DNA of 63,553 nt from positions 71,803 to 135,355 of the forward strand of contig PAPS01000033.1 of assembly GCA_002708985.1 (NCBI GenBank), written 5' to 3'. How positions within the stretch are numbered: position 1 is the stretch's first letter; each line of letters opens with the position of its first letter. This document shows positions 18,905 through 28,967 of the stretch, piece after piece. Below the pieces are notes generated by a model, which ran no database searches, was not told the DNA's origin, and saw only the letters and a program-made list of their open reading frames with translations. A program made the position numbers and the translations under genes. Source of the DNA: Saprospirales bacterium (GTDB lineage: Bacteria; Bacteroidota; Bacteroidia; Chitinophagales; UBA8649).

Positions 18905-19900
18905 ATGTTAAATACGGCAGCAGATATTGCTACTATGGTAGGTGGTGAAATCGTTGGAGATGACCGTCGTGAAGTACGGGAATTTTCCAGAATCCAAGAA
19001 AGCTCGGAGGGGGCTTTAAGTTTTGTGGCGAACCCAAAATATGAGCAGTATCTCGAGAATACACAAGCCTCTGTTGTTCTAGTTCAAAAGGACTTGTCCC
19101 TTCCCGATCGAACGGATATAACCTACATCAAAGTAGTTGATCCCTATCAAGCACTTCAATCCATTCTAAGCAATCTATCTGATGGACTTCAGCTTCGTCA
19201 AGGCATTGAGCCGTCATCTTTCGTACACGAAAAAGCGCAAGTTGATTCTACAGCCTACATCGCCGCCTTTGCTTATGTAGATGCAGGTGCTGTTATCGGT
19301 CCGGATGTTCAAGTTTATCCTCATTGCTTTGTTGGAGAAGGAAGTGTCTTGGGTGCTGGCACTATACTTCATAGTGGTGTAAAAATTTATAGAAATAGTT
19401 ATATCGGAGAACGCTGCTGTATACATTCTGGTGCAATTATAGGGAGTGATGGATTTGGATTTGTTCCCCAAAAAGATGGTTCCTTTCAGAAAATGCCACA
19501 CATAGGGAACGTGGTCATAGGAAACGATGTGGAAATTGGAGCGAATACTACCATCGATCGAGGAAGTATTGGTGACTCCATTTTAAAAGATGGTGTCAAG
19601 GTTGACAACCTTGTACATTTAGCGCACAACGTGGAGATCGATCAACACTCCGCTATTGCCGCTCAGGTGGGTATTTCAGGGAGTACTCGAATCGGGAAAT
19701 CGGTGCTTATAGGTGGTCAAGCCGGAATTGTGGGTCATATCACCATTGCCGATGGAGTACATATCAATGCCCAGAGTGGTGTCTCCAAATCGGTTGATGT
19801 AAAAGGTCAGCGACTAACGGGGTCTCCCGCTAGACCGTTTAGGGAGCATTACAAAATGATGGCTACCTTGCGAAAACTTACCCAATCACCGAACAAATAG
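18905..19900 (+). CDS. lpxD: UDP-3-O-acylglucosamine N-acyltransferase
   Basis: Hexapeptide repeats; GSDGFGF, EIGANTTIDRG and DNLVHLAHNV motifs. Confidence 0.96.
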   Translation: MLNTAADIATMVGGEIVGDDRREVREFSRIQESSEGALSFVANPKYEQYLENTQASVVLVQKDLSLPDRTDITYIKVVDPYQALQSILSNLSDGLQLRQGIEPSSFVHEKAQVDSTAYIAAFAYVDAGAVIGPDVQVYPHCFVGEGSVLGAGTILHSGVKIYRNSYIGERCCIHSGAIIGSDGFGFVPQKDGSFQKMPHIGNVVIGNDVEIGANTTIDRGSIGDSILKDGVKVDNLVHLAHNVEIDQHSAIAAQVGISGSTRIGKSVLIGGQAGIVGHITIADGVHINAQSGVSKSVDVKGQRLTGSPARPFREHYKMMATLRKLTQSPNK

Positions 19901-19908
19901 AATACATT

Positions 19909-21300
19909 ATGAATGAGTTTCAACACACGCTCAAACAACCCGCTGAACTCGAAGGCATAGGTTTACATACTGGACAATCTGTCAAGGTTAGAATTTGTCC
20001 AAGTGAAGCCAATACAGGAATTATATTCCACCGTGTGGACTTAGAGGGAGATATCCGTATTAAAGCAGATGTTGATTATGTCTCGTCTGTTGAACGGGGT
20101 ACAACGTTAGAACGACAAGGTGTAAAAGTGGCGACTGTGGAGCATGTCCTGGCTGCCTTGTTTGGTTGTCAAGTAGATAATGCCGTGATAGAAATCAATG
20201 GAGAGGAGATTCCAATCCTTGACGGAAGTTCAAAGCCTTTTGTAGATGCCATCCTTAAAGCGGGCGTCGAAGAGCAAGGTGAGGAAAGGGAATATTATGA
20301 AGTGCGGGAAACCATTCGATTCTACGATGAGGAAAAGGATGCTGAGATATTGGTACTACCGGATTCCACATTTAAGTCGACCGTTTTAATCGATTATCAA
20401 AGTAATATTTTAGGACAGCAGCACGCTTCCTTAGAGGACGTATCGGAGTTTAACGAATCGTTTTCAGAGGCTCGTACTTTTTGTTTTCTTCACGAGTTAG
20501 AATCCTTGTTAGATCGTGGACTCATCAAAGGAGGGGATCTAAATAATGCCATCGTTGTGGTCGACCATGAATTGAAAGAAGGTGAGCTCAATCGGTTGCG
20601 CACATTGTTTAATAAGCCTGACGTGGAGGTTGAGCAGGGGATTCTCAATAATGTAGAGCTTCGCTACCCCAATGAATGCGCAAGGCATAAACTCCTTGAT
20701 TTTGTGGGAGATTTAGCGCTAGCAGGCATGCCAATCAAAGGAAATTTTATTGCGAGTCGCCCTGGGCACAGTACCAATGTGGCTTTTGCAAAATCGATTA
20801 AAGCGAAAATCAAGGCTTGGAAAGCGGCTCCACAGGCTCCAACCTATGATCAAGACAGTCCACCGCTTTATGATTTAGTTGCGATTCAGAAACTACTTCC
20901 ACACCGCTATCCTTTTTTATTAGTTGATAAGATTGTCCATTTAGACAAGAAGGAAGTCGTTGGGGTTAAGAGCGTAACCTTTAATGAATATTACTTCCGC
21001 GGACATTTTCCCAATAATCCTGTGATGCCCGGAGTGCTTCAAATTGAGGCCATGGCTCAAGTAGGGGGAATCTTTGCCTTATCTCAAGTCGAGGACGATG
21101 GTGACTACGACACCTACTTCTTAAAGATTCAGAAGGCGCGCTTCAAGGCAATGGTTGTTCCTGGAGATACGCTTATCATACAATGTAAACTCATGTCACC
21201 TATTCGAAGAGGCCTTGTGGAGATGCTTGGTTTGGGATTTGTTGGGTCAAAGCTTGTTGTTGAAGCAGAGCTTATGGCGAAAATTCAAAAGCGTGAATAA
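19909..21300 (+). CDS. lpxC-fabZ: Bifunctional LpxC deacetylase / FabZ dehydratase
   Basis: GIGLHTG, TVEHVLAA and RHKLLD for LpxC; LPHRYPFLLVD and GHFPNNPVMPGVLQIEAMAQ for FabZ. Confidence 0.96.
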   Translation: MNEFQHTLKQPAELEGIGLHTGQSVKVRICPSEANTGIIFHRVDLEGDIRIKADVDYVSSVERGTTLERQGVKVATVEHVLAALFGCQVDNAVIEINGEEIPILDGSSKPFVDAILKAGVEEQGEEREYYEVRETIRFYDEEKDAEILVLPDSTFKSTVLIDYQSNILGQQHASLEDVSEFNESFSEARTFCFLHELESLLDRGLIKGGDLNNAIVVVDHELKEGELNRLRTLFNKPDVEVEQGILNNVELRYPNECARHKLLDFVGDLALAGMPIKGNFIASRPGHSTNVAFAKSIKAKIKAWKAAPQAPTYDQDSPPLYDLVAIQKLLPHRYPFLLVDKIVHLDKKEVVGVKSVTFNEYYFRGHFPNNPVMPGVLQIEAMAQVGGIFALSQVEDDGDYDTYFLKIQKARFKAMVVPGDTLIIQCKLMSPIRRGLVEMLGLGFVGSKLVVEAELMAKIQKRE

Positions 21301-22094
21301 TGCGACAGCCTTTAGCTTACATACATCCAGAAGCACAGGTTGCTGATAATGTTGTCGTTGAACCCTTTGTGACGATTGATAAAAATGTGGTCATTGAGGA
21401 GGGAAGTTGGATCGGTCCTCATGTCACGATTATGGAGGGTGCACATATTGGTAAAAACTGCAAAGTTTTTCCAGGAGCAGTCATATCTGCCGTGCCGCAG
21501 GATTTAAAGTTCAAAGGGGAAAAAACTCGAGTGGAGATCGGTGATAACTGTATTATTCGAGAATGTGTTACCATTAATCGGGGAACGGAGTATGCCAATA
21601 AAACGGTCGTGGGTAAAAATTGCTTGCTTATGGCCTATGTCCATATAGCGCATGATTGCCAGGTTGGAGACCATAGCATACTTGCCAACAGCGTGAATTT
21701 AGCAGGACACGTAGAACTTGGTCAATATGTGCGCTTAGGTGGAGCTGTCAACATTCAACAATTTACTCAGATCGGGGACCACTGTTTTATATCCGGTGGT
21801 AGCCTCGTTAACAAGGATATCCCGCCATACATCCGTTGTGGAAGAACTCCGTTGAGTTATATCGGGGTGAATTCAGTAGGGCTTCGCCGCAGTGGCTGGT
21901 CATCAGAATTGATTAATCACGTGCTCGATATTTATCGTATACTTTTTGTGCGGGGGTATAATACGACCAATGCCCTTAAGATAATTGAGGCAGAGATACC
22001 TGATAGTGAAGCTAAAGATGCTATAACGACCTTTGTTCGTGATTCTGTGCGAGGGGTTGTCAAAGGATTTAGCCATTTAGAACGCAATCGATGA
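21300..22094 (+). CDS. lpxA: Acyl-ACP--UDP-GlcNAc O-acyltransferase
   Basis: PQDLKF, IRECVTINRGT and HIAHDC motifs. Confidence 0.96.
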   Translation: MRQPLAYIHPEAQVADNVVVEPFVTIDKNVVIEEGSWIGPHVTIMEGAHIGKNCKVFPGAVISAVPQDLKFKGEKTRVEIGDNCIIRECVTINRGTEYANKTVVGKNCLLMAYVHIAHDCQVGDHSILANSVNLAGHVELGQYVRLGGAVNIQQFTQIGDHCFISGGSLVNKDIPPYIRCGRTPLSYIGVNSVGLRRSGWSSELINHVLDIYRILFVRGYNTTNALKIIEAEIPDSEAKDAITTFVRDSVRGVVKGFSHLERNR

Positions 22095-22720
22095 TTCAGG
22101 TTAAGGCGCAGGAAATTGATATTCAACGTCAACAACGCTGGCTGTATAACAAAGCGAGTTTTTCCTTAGAAAGTTCTCCGGTGTGGGCTATAAAGGGACG
22201 TAACGGATCAGGAAAGTCTACCTTACTTCAATTGCTCATAGGCTATATTGAACCTACATTGGGCAGTTTAGCATGGTCGATAGACCAAAAGGACATTGAT
22301 CGAATGGATATCAGTCAGCATATTACATATGCTAGTCCTTCCATGGAGTTACCCATGCATTTAACTCTCAAGGAGTTTATGTATATGCATCAAACCTTTA
22401 AACCATTTCTTGTGCCATTAGAGGAGATACTCGATGTTCTTTCTCTTCCTATTGGTGTTCGCCTATCCAATTTTAGCACGGGGATGCTTCAACGGGTCAA
22501 GTTGGCACAGGCCTGTTACAGTAGCTCAAAGATCGTGGCTTTGGATGAGCCCATGTCCAATTTAGATGAAGAGGGGAAACAATGGATAGAAGCGGTCTTA
22601 TTCGGTCAAGAAGCTTTGTTTCACAACCGGTTACTTTTGGTCGCAAGTAACGAAGAAAGAGAGGTGGTGCATATTAAAGCAACACTTCAAATCACTGAAG
22701 AAGGTCTAATTACTGATTAA
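22091..22720 (+). CDS. ABC-family ATP-binding protein (CcmA-like, no adjacent permease)
   Basis: Walker A GRNGSGKST, signature FSTGMLQR, Walker B LDEP. Confidence 0.85.
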   Translation: MIQVKAQEIDIQRQQRWLYNKASFSLESSPVWAIKGRNGSGKSTLLQLLIGYIEPTLGSLAWSIDQKDIDRMDISQHITYASPSMELPMHLTLKEFMYMHQTFKPFLVPLEEILDVLSLPIGVRLSNFSTGMLQRVKLAQACYSSSKIVALDEPMSNLDEEGKQWIEAVLFGQEALFHNRLLLVASNEEREVVHIKATLQITEEGLITD

Positions 22721-22730
22721 TCCTTAATAG

Positions 22731-25217
22731 TTAAAATTCCATATCCATATCCATATCCATGCCACCTTTAGGGCGTCCTGAATGTCTCCTATCACCTTGT
22801 TGGTTAAAGCGGTAGGTAAAGGTAATGGTGGCATTGCGTTGGCGCCACTGGAACATGCCGTTGGTTATAAGGGTTGGGGTCTCAACTTGCCAACGCCAGC
22901 GTCCCGTGTTTAATATGTCATTGACATTTAGCGCTAAAGTCGCATTTTTCTTAAACACATCAATTGATACCCCTGCTTGCCACATAGAGAAGGCCAGGCT
23001 TCTACCTTGAGGGTTTTGGGTGGGTGAACTATAATTGATACCCGATTGAATTTTAAGTTTTTTCCAGAGTGTAAGGTTTAGAGAAACGCGTCCTCTGAAT
23101 CCAAAGGTCTTGGCGGACAAATCCTGGTTTTCATAGCTTCCTTGTCGGTTGGAGTAGAAGAAGGTTCCTCCCATATTTACGAGAAAAGCTCTTGAGAAGT
23201 TGAGGTTCACATTAGATTCAACTCCCCAGTCATTTTCAGTGGCTAAATTCACTGGTATACTTTCGGTGATTCCATCATCCCCTCCAATTAGAATACGCTG
23301 AATAACTCCAGTTCGGTAACGGTAGTAGGCGCTTACCATAAGCGTCGTCTTCATCGCTCGGTATAGGTAGGTGAATTCCGTGGAATTGGTGTAGGCCGGA
23401 TTTAGGTCTGGATTACCTCTCCAAAAGTTTCGGGCATCGGCATAGGATGAGAAGGGGAGTAGTTTGCGGAACGATGGCCGACGAAGACGGCGGCTATAGC
23501 TCAATTGAATATTATGCTTATCGGACAATCTACAAGAAAGGCTCGCGCTTGGAAAGAGCTGAAAATATCGTCGATTAAAATTTGTAGTTGAGCTAAAGGT
23601 ATCTGTATTGAGAAGATTGCCTCTAATAACAGTTTCCTCTCCTCTTAGCCCTACATTAAAGTTAAACTTACCATAAGTTTGATTCGTTTGGATATAGGCT
23701 GCATACACACTCTCATCGTAACCAAAGGTATTCTTTAAGCCAGGTATTGAGCTGTAGATACCATTTATTGTTGGACTTTCTTGTACGTCATAGCTGTTTT
23801 CCAATATGCGTACCGTCGCTTTCCCACCTAGCTCAAGCTTCCCCGTTGATCCTGTAGGCAGTGTGTAATCTGCCTGAGCTAACCAATCCACTTGGTTTTC
23901 AGTATTGGTATTAATCTGGTAGAGATTATTGAAGGAGGTTGATATGGATGTATCGTAGAGTTGAGTAAAAACTCCTGCTTCTTCATCTTTTGAATCGGAG
24001 TAGCGTCCTTCGATGCTTAGTGTATGTTCCTTTTTGTCACCAAACTGTTGCTCGAAACTAGCATTGATATCCCAGTTAAGTGCCTCTTCACTTTCATCTT
24101 CCGTTCGAGTACTTTGTGCGATCGTATTGATAGTATTCGCCTCGTTAAAGTCAGTGTAGATGATGGTGTTTCCATTGCTATTATCTCGAAGACCTAAGAC
24201 AGCACTGATTTCAAATGTTGTCTTTTTAATAGGCTTAAACTCAATGCCGATACGAGCAGTATGTCTTAGGCCTCCACGAAAGTGTTCTCCTTGGGTGCGG
24301 TAACTGTAGCTTGTATCCAATACATCACTTGCTGTATAGGTCTGTCTAAAATCTCTTTCTCCTGGCATTTTTCTATACATGAATCCATAGCTAGAAAAGA
24401 AGTTGAGCTTACCAGGATTCCAGTTCAATACTCCCGTAAAACCATGATTGTTGGGGTAGCCTGCCTGCAGTTTTACAGAGCCATTGAGCCCAAGGTCCTT
24501 TTCCTCTTTAAGTACGATATTGATAATACCTGCCTCACCTTCTGCATCGTAACGGGCAGATGGGTTGGTTATAATCTCAACCTTTTCCAAAAGGTTTGCC
24601 GGAATCTGACGAAGGCCATCGGTTCCGCTTGCAAGTAAACTAGAGGGCTTACCGTCGATTAGTATTCGCACATTGGCACTTCCACGAAGTTCTACATTGC
24701 CATCTTGATCAATCATTAGAGAAGGGATATTTTCTAAGACTTGTAAGGCATCCATTCCTGTGTTTGCGAGGTCGTTACCTACGTTAAAGACACGCATATC
24801 AGCTCGTAATTCAAAGGTTGAGCGTTCTCCCTCTACAATAACTTCATCAAGTAAGTCATTGTTGGCCCTCATGGTAAGACGGCCGAGATTGACAAAAGGA
24901 CTATTTATATTTAATTCCTCAATGATAAGGGGTGTAAAGCTCAGATAGGTTGCCTTGAAAAAAGAAGGAGCAACCTCTTCCGCAGGTAGAAAAAACTTGC
25001 CCTCACCATCGGTTGTGGTACTGGCTAAAACGGAACTATCGCTTAGCTTAATTAGCTCGACATTGACATAGGGTAGAGCTTCATTAGCCTCATCTCCTAT
25101 CTCCCCTATGACAACCCATGCAGGTCGATCTGCACCACCACCGTAAATTCCTGATGGAGGCTGTGCTATTAACACACTAAAAGAGAGTGTTTGTAAAAGG
25201 ATTAAGAGACGTTTCAT
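22731..25217 (-). CDS. TonB-dependent receptor / outer-membrane beta-barrel protein
   Basis: Signal peptide, N-terminal carboxypeptidase-regulatory-like domain, plug motif IITNPSARYDAEGEAGIINIVLK, GNPDLNP, C-terminal F. Confidence 0.9.
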   Translation of the reverse strand: MKRLLILLQTLSFSVLIAQPPSGIYGGGADRPAWVVIGEIGDEANEALPYVNVELIKLSDSSVLASTTTDGEGKFFLPAEEVAPSFFKATYLSFTPLIIEELNINSPFVNLGRLTMRANNDLLDEVIVEGERSTFELRADMRVFNVGNDLANTGMDALQVLENIPSLMIDQDGNVELRGSANVRILIDGKPSSLLASGTDGLRQIPANLLEKVEIITNPSARYDAEGEAGIINIVLKEEKDLGLNGSVKLQAGYPNNHGFTGVLNWNPGKLNFFSSYGFMYRKMPGERDFRQTYTASDVLDTSYSYRTQGEHFRGGLRHTARIGIEFKPIKKTTFEISAVLGLRDNSNGNTIIYTDFNEANTINTIAQSTRTEDESEEALNWDINASFEQQFGDKKEHTLSIEGRYSDSKDEEAGVFTQLYDTSISTSFNNLYQINTNTENQVDWLAQADYTLPTGSTGKLELGGKATVRILENSYDVQESPTINGIYSSIPGLKNTFGYDESVYAAYIQTNQTYGKFNFNVGLRGEETVIRGNLLNTDTFSSTTNFNRRYFQLFPSASLSCRLSDKHNIQLSYSRRLRRPSFRKLLPFSSYADARNFWRGNPDLNPAYTNSTEFTYLYRAMKTTLMVSAYYRYRTGVIQRILIGGDDGITESIPVNLATENDWGVESNVNLNFSRAFLVNMGGTFFYSNRQGSYENQDLSAKTFGFRGRVSLNLTLWKKLKIQSGINYSSPTQNPQGRSLAFSMWQAGVSIDVFKKNATLALNVNDILNTGRWRWQVETPTLITNGMFQWRQRNATITFTYRFNQQGDRRHSGRPKGGMDMDMDMEF

Positions 25218-25233
25218 TCGGTTGATTTTGAGG

Positions 25234-25241
25234 CAAATGTA
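25234..25241 (-). promoter_or_regulatory. -7 element TACATTTG for the TonB-dependent receptor gene
   Basis: TAnnTTTG match 16 nt upstream of the ATG. Confidence 0.6.
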
Positions 25242-25306
25242 CTATTTCATACTATGAACCTCCTCAGTAGTATTAGTGTTCTTAGTTGTTACTTAATACA
25301 TGTCTG

Positions 25307-27601
25307 TTACAGACCTCCAATTACTTTAAACTCTGTCCTTCGATTTTTGGCACGACCTTCTTCTGAGGAGTTATCTGCTACTGGAACTGCCTCGCCATAT
25401 CCGCGGGCAATAAGTCGGTCCGCTCGAATTCCACCTTCGATCATATAGTTAACGCAGGCTTCAGCCCTTTTTTGAGATAAGGTTAGATTCATAGCATCGC
25501 CTCCCACATCATCAGTATGTGAACCCATTTCGATGATAAGGGTAGGATTCTCTTGCATCGTTACAATCAATTCTTCAAGAATTTCTTTTGATCGGGCATT
25601 TAAATCAGATTTTCCAGTAGCAAACAATACATCGCTGATGGTATAAGCCTGATTTTTTTGAATGGCATTCATATCTGCATTGATCGAGAGTTTTCCTTGA
25701 GTAAGGCTATCGCTATCGACATAAGCTGAGATTTTATGCATAAAGTAAGATTCACGGGCAAATTCTAATCGATATTCGTTTGCAGTATTTACATCAAAGC
25801 TGAACGAGCCATTTTTACTCGTTTGCCGCAAAGATAGTATCGCCCCACTACTAACATCAATCAGCTTAACGACGGTTTTAGTCAAGGGTTCTTTTGTGCT
25901 GGCATCGCGGGCAATCCCAACAATTTTGGCATTTACTCGATTCAGCGCGAAGTTGTGCTGAACAATGGCATTTTCACTCAGCCCCGCAGTATTAATCTCT
26001 ACTTCATCTTTGCTAAATCCCTCTTGCTCCACGGTAAACTTATACTTACGCCCTGCTCTTAAGGTGGTTTTAAACTCAATGCTTTCTTCCATCATGAGCG
26101 TATCATAGTTGATTACCTCGTCTAATGAATCGAGACTTGCTATAATCACTGTACTTTTTTCCAATGGAAAGCTTCCATCCTTGCGATTCTCCGAAACAAA
26201 TCCTTCAAAATCAAAAGTGAACACATCGAAAACGAATATATCATCATTGGATGTGCTGTGTTTGTAAAAGGTTGTCCCCTCTCTGTTGCTAATTAGATAG
26301 CCACGTTCTGATTCATCCAGCAAGTTTGCTCCTTGTGCTTTTCTAAAAAAGACATCATCTGCATTACTGTTTAAAGGTCTCATTATATTTTTCGGTGTTC
26401 TCCACTGCGATAAGGAATCTTCAGATGTATAAAAGATATCAAATCCTCCTAGACTAGGGTATCCATTCGAGGAAAAATAGAGTCGCTTAGCAAACTGATC
26501 ATAGAAGGGTGAGACGTCATCCATTGCAGTATTCACTGAGTGTAAGGCATTAGGGCCTTTTACTCCGCCGTTATCGGTAAGAATACACTCATACAAATCC
26601 AAACCACCTTTACCTAGATCCTTGTTTGAGGCAAAGTATATCACATAGTAATTATCTTCTTGTCGGATGGTTGGATGGGTGGATGTGAAGTTTTCATGAT
26701 TTACCGCTTCGCTAAAGGCCGGTTTAGTTACCCAAGTAGAATCATCTCTTGTTGCTAGGCGAAGATGGCATTGAGAAGTATTATCTCGGACTTCACTCAA
26801 GCATTCGGAAAAAACCATTATCGATCCATCATCACTAATGGCTACACTACCTATTGACCGACTGGGCTCTGTGATTAAGCCATTGACCAAAATGTTTTCA
26901 TCTTCATTTTGAATATAAAGGGAGTATTGTCCTTCGCCAACATCAAGAGGACTTTGCGTTGCTATTGAGGTGAAGTACAATTCATCTTCCCATACCGCAA
27001 GCCCCATTTCATTATAGATGCCATTAACTCCCTGAACAGGTTTTATGCTAAGACTGGCAGGTGCAGTTTTTAGAAGGGCTAGGCCTATCCCCTCGAGTTC
27101 AACCTGCGCAGCGGATTTCATATCTTCTGCATCCTTGCCATCATAGGATTCTATGAAAATATTGAAGGAATGATTTGCTTCATCGTATTGCATTGTTTGC
27201 TTAGCAGCTATTCCATAGTGGTAGTGTATCAATGGAAATAAGTTGGTCTGAAGCCTACGCCATTTTTTCTTCTCTCTACGGGTTTCCGGCGTGTAGAGGG
27301 CAACTTCTTTCAGATAAGTAAATGCCTGGGAGTAGTCTCTTGACGCTAAGGAGGCCATACCCATACCATAGCAAGCCTTTCGGTAATTCATAGAGCCTTT
27401 TTCAAGGTTACTGAGTGCAAAGAGGAAATAATCTCCGGCATCGTAGTAATATCCTTGATTCAAGAGGGTATTACCTAATCGCATATCACGCTTTGGATTT
27501 GACGAGCTCGATACATCGATATAGCTTTGAGCCTCTGCGCAAAGACTAGACATAATCATCAATATGGTCCACGCAATATGATTGAATTGGAATAATTTCA
27601 T
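25307..27601 (-). CDS. PorE-like OmpA-family protein (TPR, PD40 propeller, CRD, OmpA_C)
   Basis: LYFSSNGYPSLGGFDIF, SHTDDVG, NLTLSQKRA and NRRTEF motifs; downstream of a porP-like gene. Confidence 0.88.
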   Translation of the reverse strand: MKLFQFNHIAWTILMIMSSLCAEAQSYIDVSSSSNPKRDMRLGNTLLNQGYYYDAGDYFLFALSNLEKGSMNYRKACYGMGMASLASRDYSQAFTYLKEVALYTPETRREKKKWRRLQTNLFPLIHYHYGIAAKQTMQYDEANHSFNIFIESYDGKDAEDMKSAAQVELEGIGLALLKTAPASLSIKPVQGVNGIYNEMGLAVWEDELYFTSIATQSPLDVGEGQYSLYIQNEDENILVNGLITEPSRSIGSVAISDDGSIMVFSECLSEVRDNTSQCHLRLATRDDSTWVTKPAFSEAVNHENFTSTHPTIRQEDNYYVIYFASNKDLGKGGLDLYECILTDNGGVKGPNALHSVNTAMDDVSPFYDQFAKRLYFSSNGYPSLGGFDIFYTSEDSLSQWRTPKNIMRPLNSNADDVFFRKAQGANLLDESERGYLISNREGTTFYKHSTSNDDIFVFDVFTFDFEGFVSENRKDGSFPLEKSTVIIASLDSLDEVINYDTLMMEESIEFKTTLRAGRKYKFTVEQEGFSKDEVEINTAGLSENAIVQHNFALNRVNAKIVGIARDASTKEPLTKTVVKLIDVSSGAILSLRQTSKNGSFSFDVNTANEYRLEFARESYFMHKISAYVDSDSLTQGKLSINADMNAIQKNQAYTISDVLFATGKSDLNARSKEILEELIVTMQENPTLIIEMGSHTDDVGGDAMNLTLSQKRAEACVNYMIEGGIRADRLIARGYGEAVPVADNSSEEGRAKNRRTEFKVIGGL

Positions 27602-27612
27602 GAAGCTAGATT

Positions 27613-28662
27613 TTAGAATCGACGCGCTGGTAAACTACGATCAGCTTTAAATTTGCTGATTCCCTCACCAATGTATACTAGGGATATCTCAAATCCTCCA
27701 TTTCCTTGCGATACTGTGCTGAGGCCTGAAAGGTTTATGTCGTAGGCTCCACCAATCCGAAAGTTTCTAAACTCCACTGCGAGCATAGCAATTAATGCAT
27801 CTATTTGATCAAGTTTGTTGAGCCGTGCTCTAAATCCACCATGAATTCCTGAGCGATTGCGAAATCCTGTACTGAAATAATGTCCGACAAATGCCCCGAT
27901 CAGTGTTTCTTGTGCCTCGCCTTGAAAGTTTACCAAGACATCAGGCTGTATGCTAAGATTCATCTTATCGTTGAGGAAAATTTCAGCCCCGAGGTCTGCT
28001 TGGTAGCGCGCAGGAAGAAAGGCATCTTGGCTTTCCGCGATAAAGAACTCTGTTGGTTTATGAATATGCCAAGCGCTAAATCCCGCTTGCATCAAAAGTC
28101 TGTCACTCAACCGCGCCTTCCAATAGATACCCGCGCCAAAGTCAAAAAACATTGAGTTTCCTTGGACGATGGCTTCATCGGTTGGGCCGAAGGCTCCGTG
28201 GCTGTAGTTGTCAAATTGATCATAGAATAACAGACTCGACTCATCGAGTCTGCGCTGTTGAAAGGCTGTTTGAGCTCCTATTGAAACACGGTGTTTACTA
28301 AACCGTCCAATGGCTTTATGGTATGCTAGGGATAGACCTCCTTGGATGGAGGTTAGGCTTCCTTGACCAAATCGGTCATGTTGCATCACTAATCCCAGTC
28401 CTAGCTTGTCAGATCCTAATTGGCCATCGAGAATACTGAGGTCTAGTGCGGCGCCTGTGGTCATAAATCCGCTGTTATCAAGAAAGGATGCCCATTGATT
28501 TCTATGCATAAGTGCAACCCTGTATGACCCTTCATAGTTTGCTGTGAGAGCAGGATTTAGGTTTTGAGCAAATGTGTAATATTGCGAAAAATGGGCGTCT
28601 TGCGCAAACAAATTTGCATGCACTATCAGAGCCATAATGGACAACAGGGCATATCGTGCCAT
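27613..28662 (-). CDS. PorP/SprF-family T9SS membrane protein
   Basis: AQDAHFSQYY...LNPALT...HRNQW, AYDINLS and GGFEISL motifs. Confidence 0.9.
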   Translation of the reverse strand: MARYALLSIMALIVHANLFAQDAHFSQYYTFAQNLNPALTANYEGSYRVALMHRNQWASFLDNSGFMTTGAALDLSILDGQLGSDKLGLGLVMQHDRFGQGSLTSIQGGLSLAYHKAIGRFSKHRVSIGAQTAFQQRRLDESSLLFYDQFDNYSHGAFGPTDEAIVQGNSMFFDFGAGIYWKARLSDRLLMQAGFSAWHIHKPTEFFIAESQDAFLPARYQADLGAEIFLNDKMNLSIQPDVLVNFQGEAQETLIGAFVGHYFSTGFRNRSGIHGGFRARLNKLDQIDALIAMLAVEFRNFRIGGAYDINLSGLSTVSQGNGGFEISLVYIGEGISKFKADRSLPARRF

Positions 28663-28790
28663 GGATTTTTACTTTGGTTCTTTTTAAAGATAACTGATTT
28701 TGTGAGAGAAGCGCTTCGCTTAGTCACAAATAACAAACAACGACCAAAAACAATTTACTTCTTAGAGGGGTTTCTTTCTCAAATACATTT

Positions 28791-28967
28791 ATGGGCTGGT
28801 TTAAGAAAAAAACAGAGGAAGAAAAGTTAATTGAGCAATACGACAGATTAGTCAAAGAAGCTCACAGACTCAGTCATACTGACCGCATGGCTTCTGATGC
28901 TAAGCAGGGAGAAGCGGAAGAAGTGTGGCAAAAGGTAGAAGCCCTACGCCAACAACAGCAATCTTAA
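28791..28967 (+). CDS. Lacal_2735-like small helical protein (58 aa)
   Basis: Manual translation: MGWFKKKTEEEKLIEQYDRLVKEAHRLSHTDRMASDAKQGEAEEVWQKVEALRQQQQS*. The FKKK..EKL...Y..L..EA..LS..DR..SD.K..EAE pattern fits this family. Confidence 0.8.
   Translation: MGWFKKKTEEEKLIEQYDRLVKEAHRLSHTDRMASDAKQGEAEEVWQKVEALRQQQQS

Noticed and set aside
19909-21300. LpxC-FabZ fusion as a novelty
   Set aside because: This fusion is standard in Bacteroidota.
22738-22760. (ATATCC)n hexamer encoding MDMDMDM as a contingency locus
   Set aside because: Only about 3-4 units, in frame, in a low-complexity C-terminal tail; it cannot switch the reading frame.
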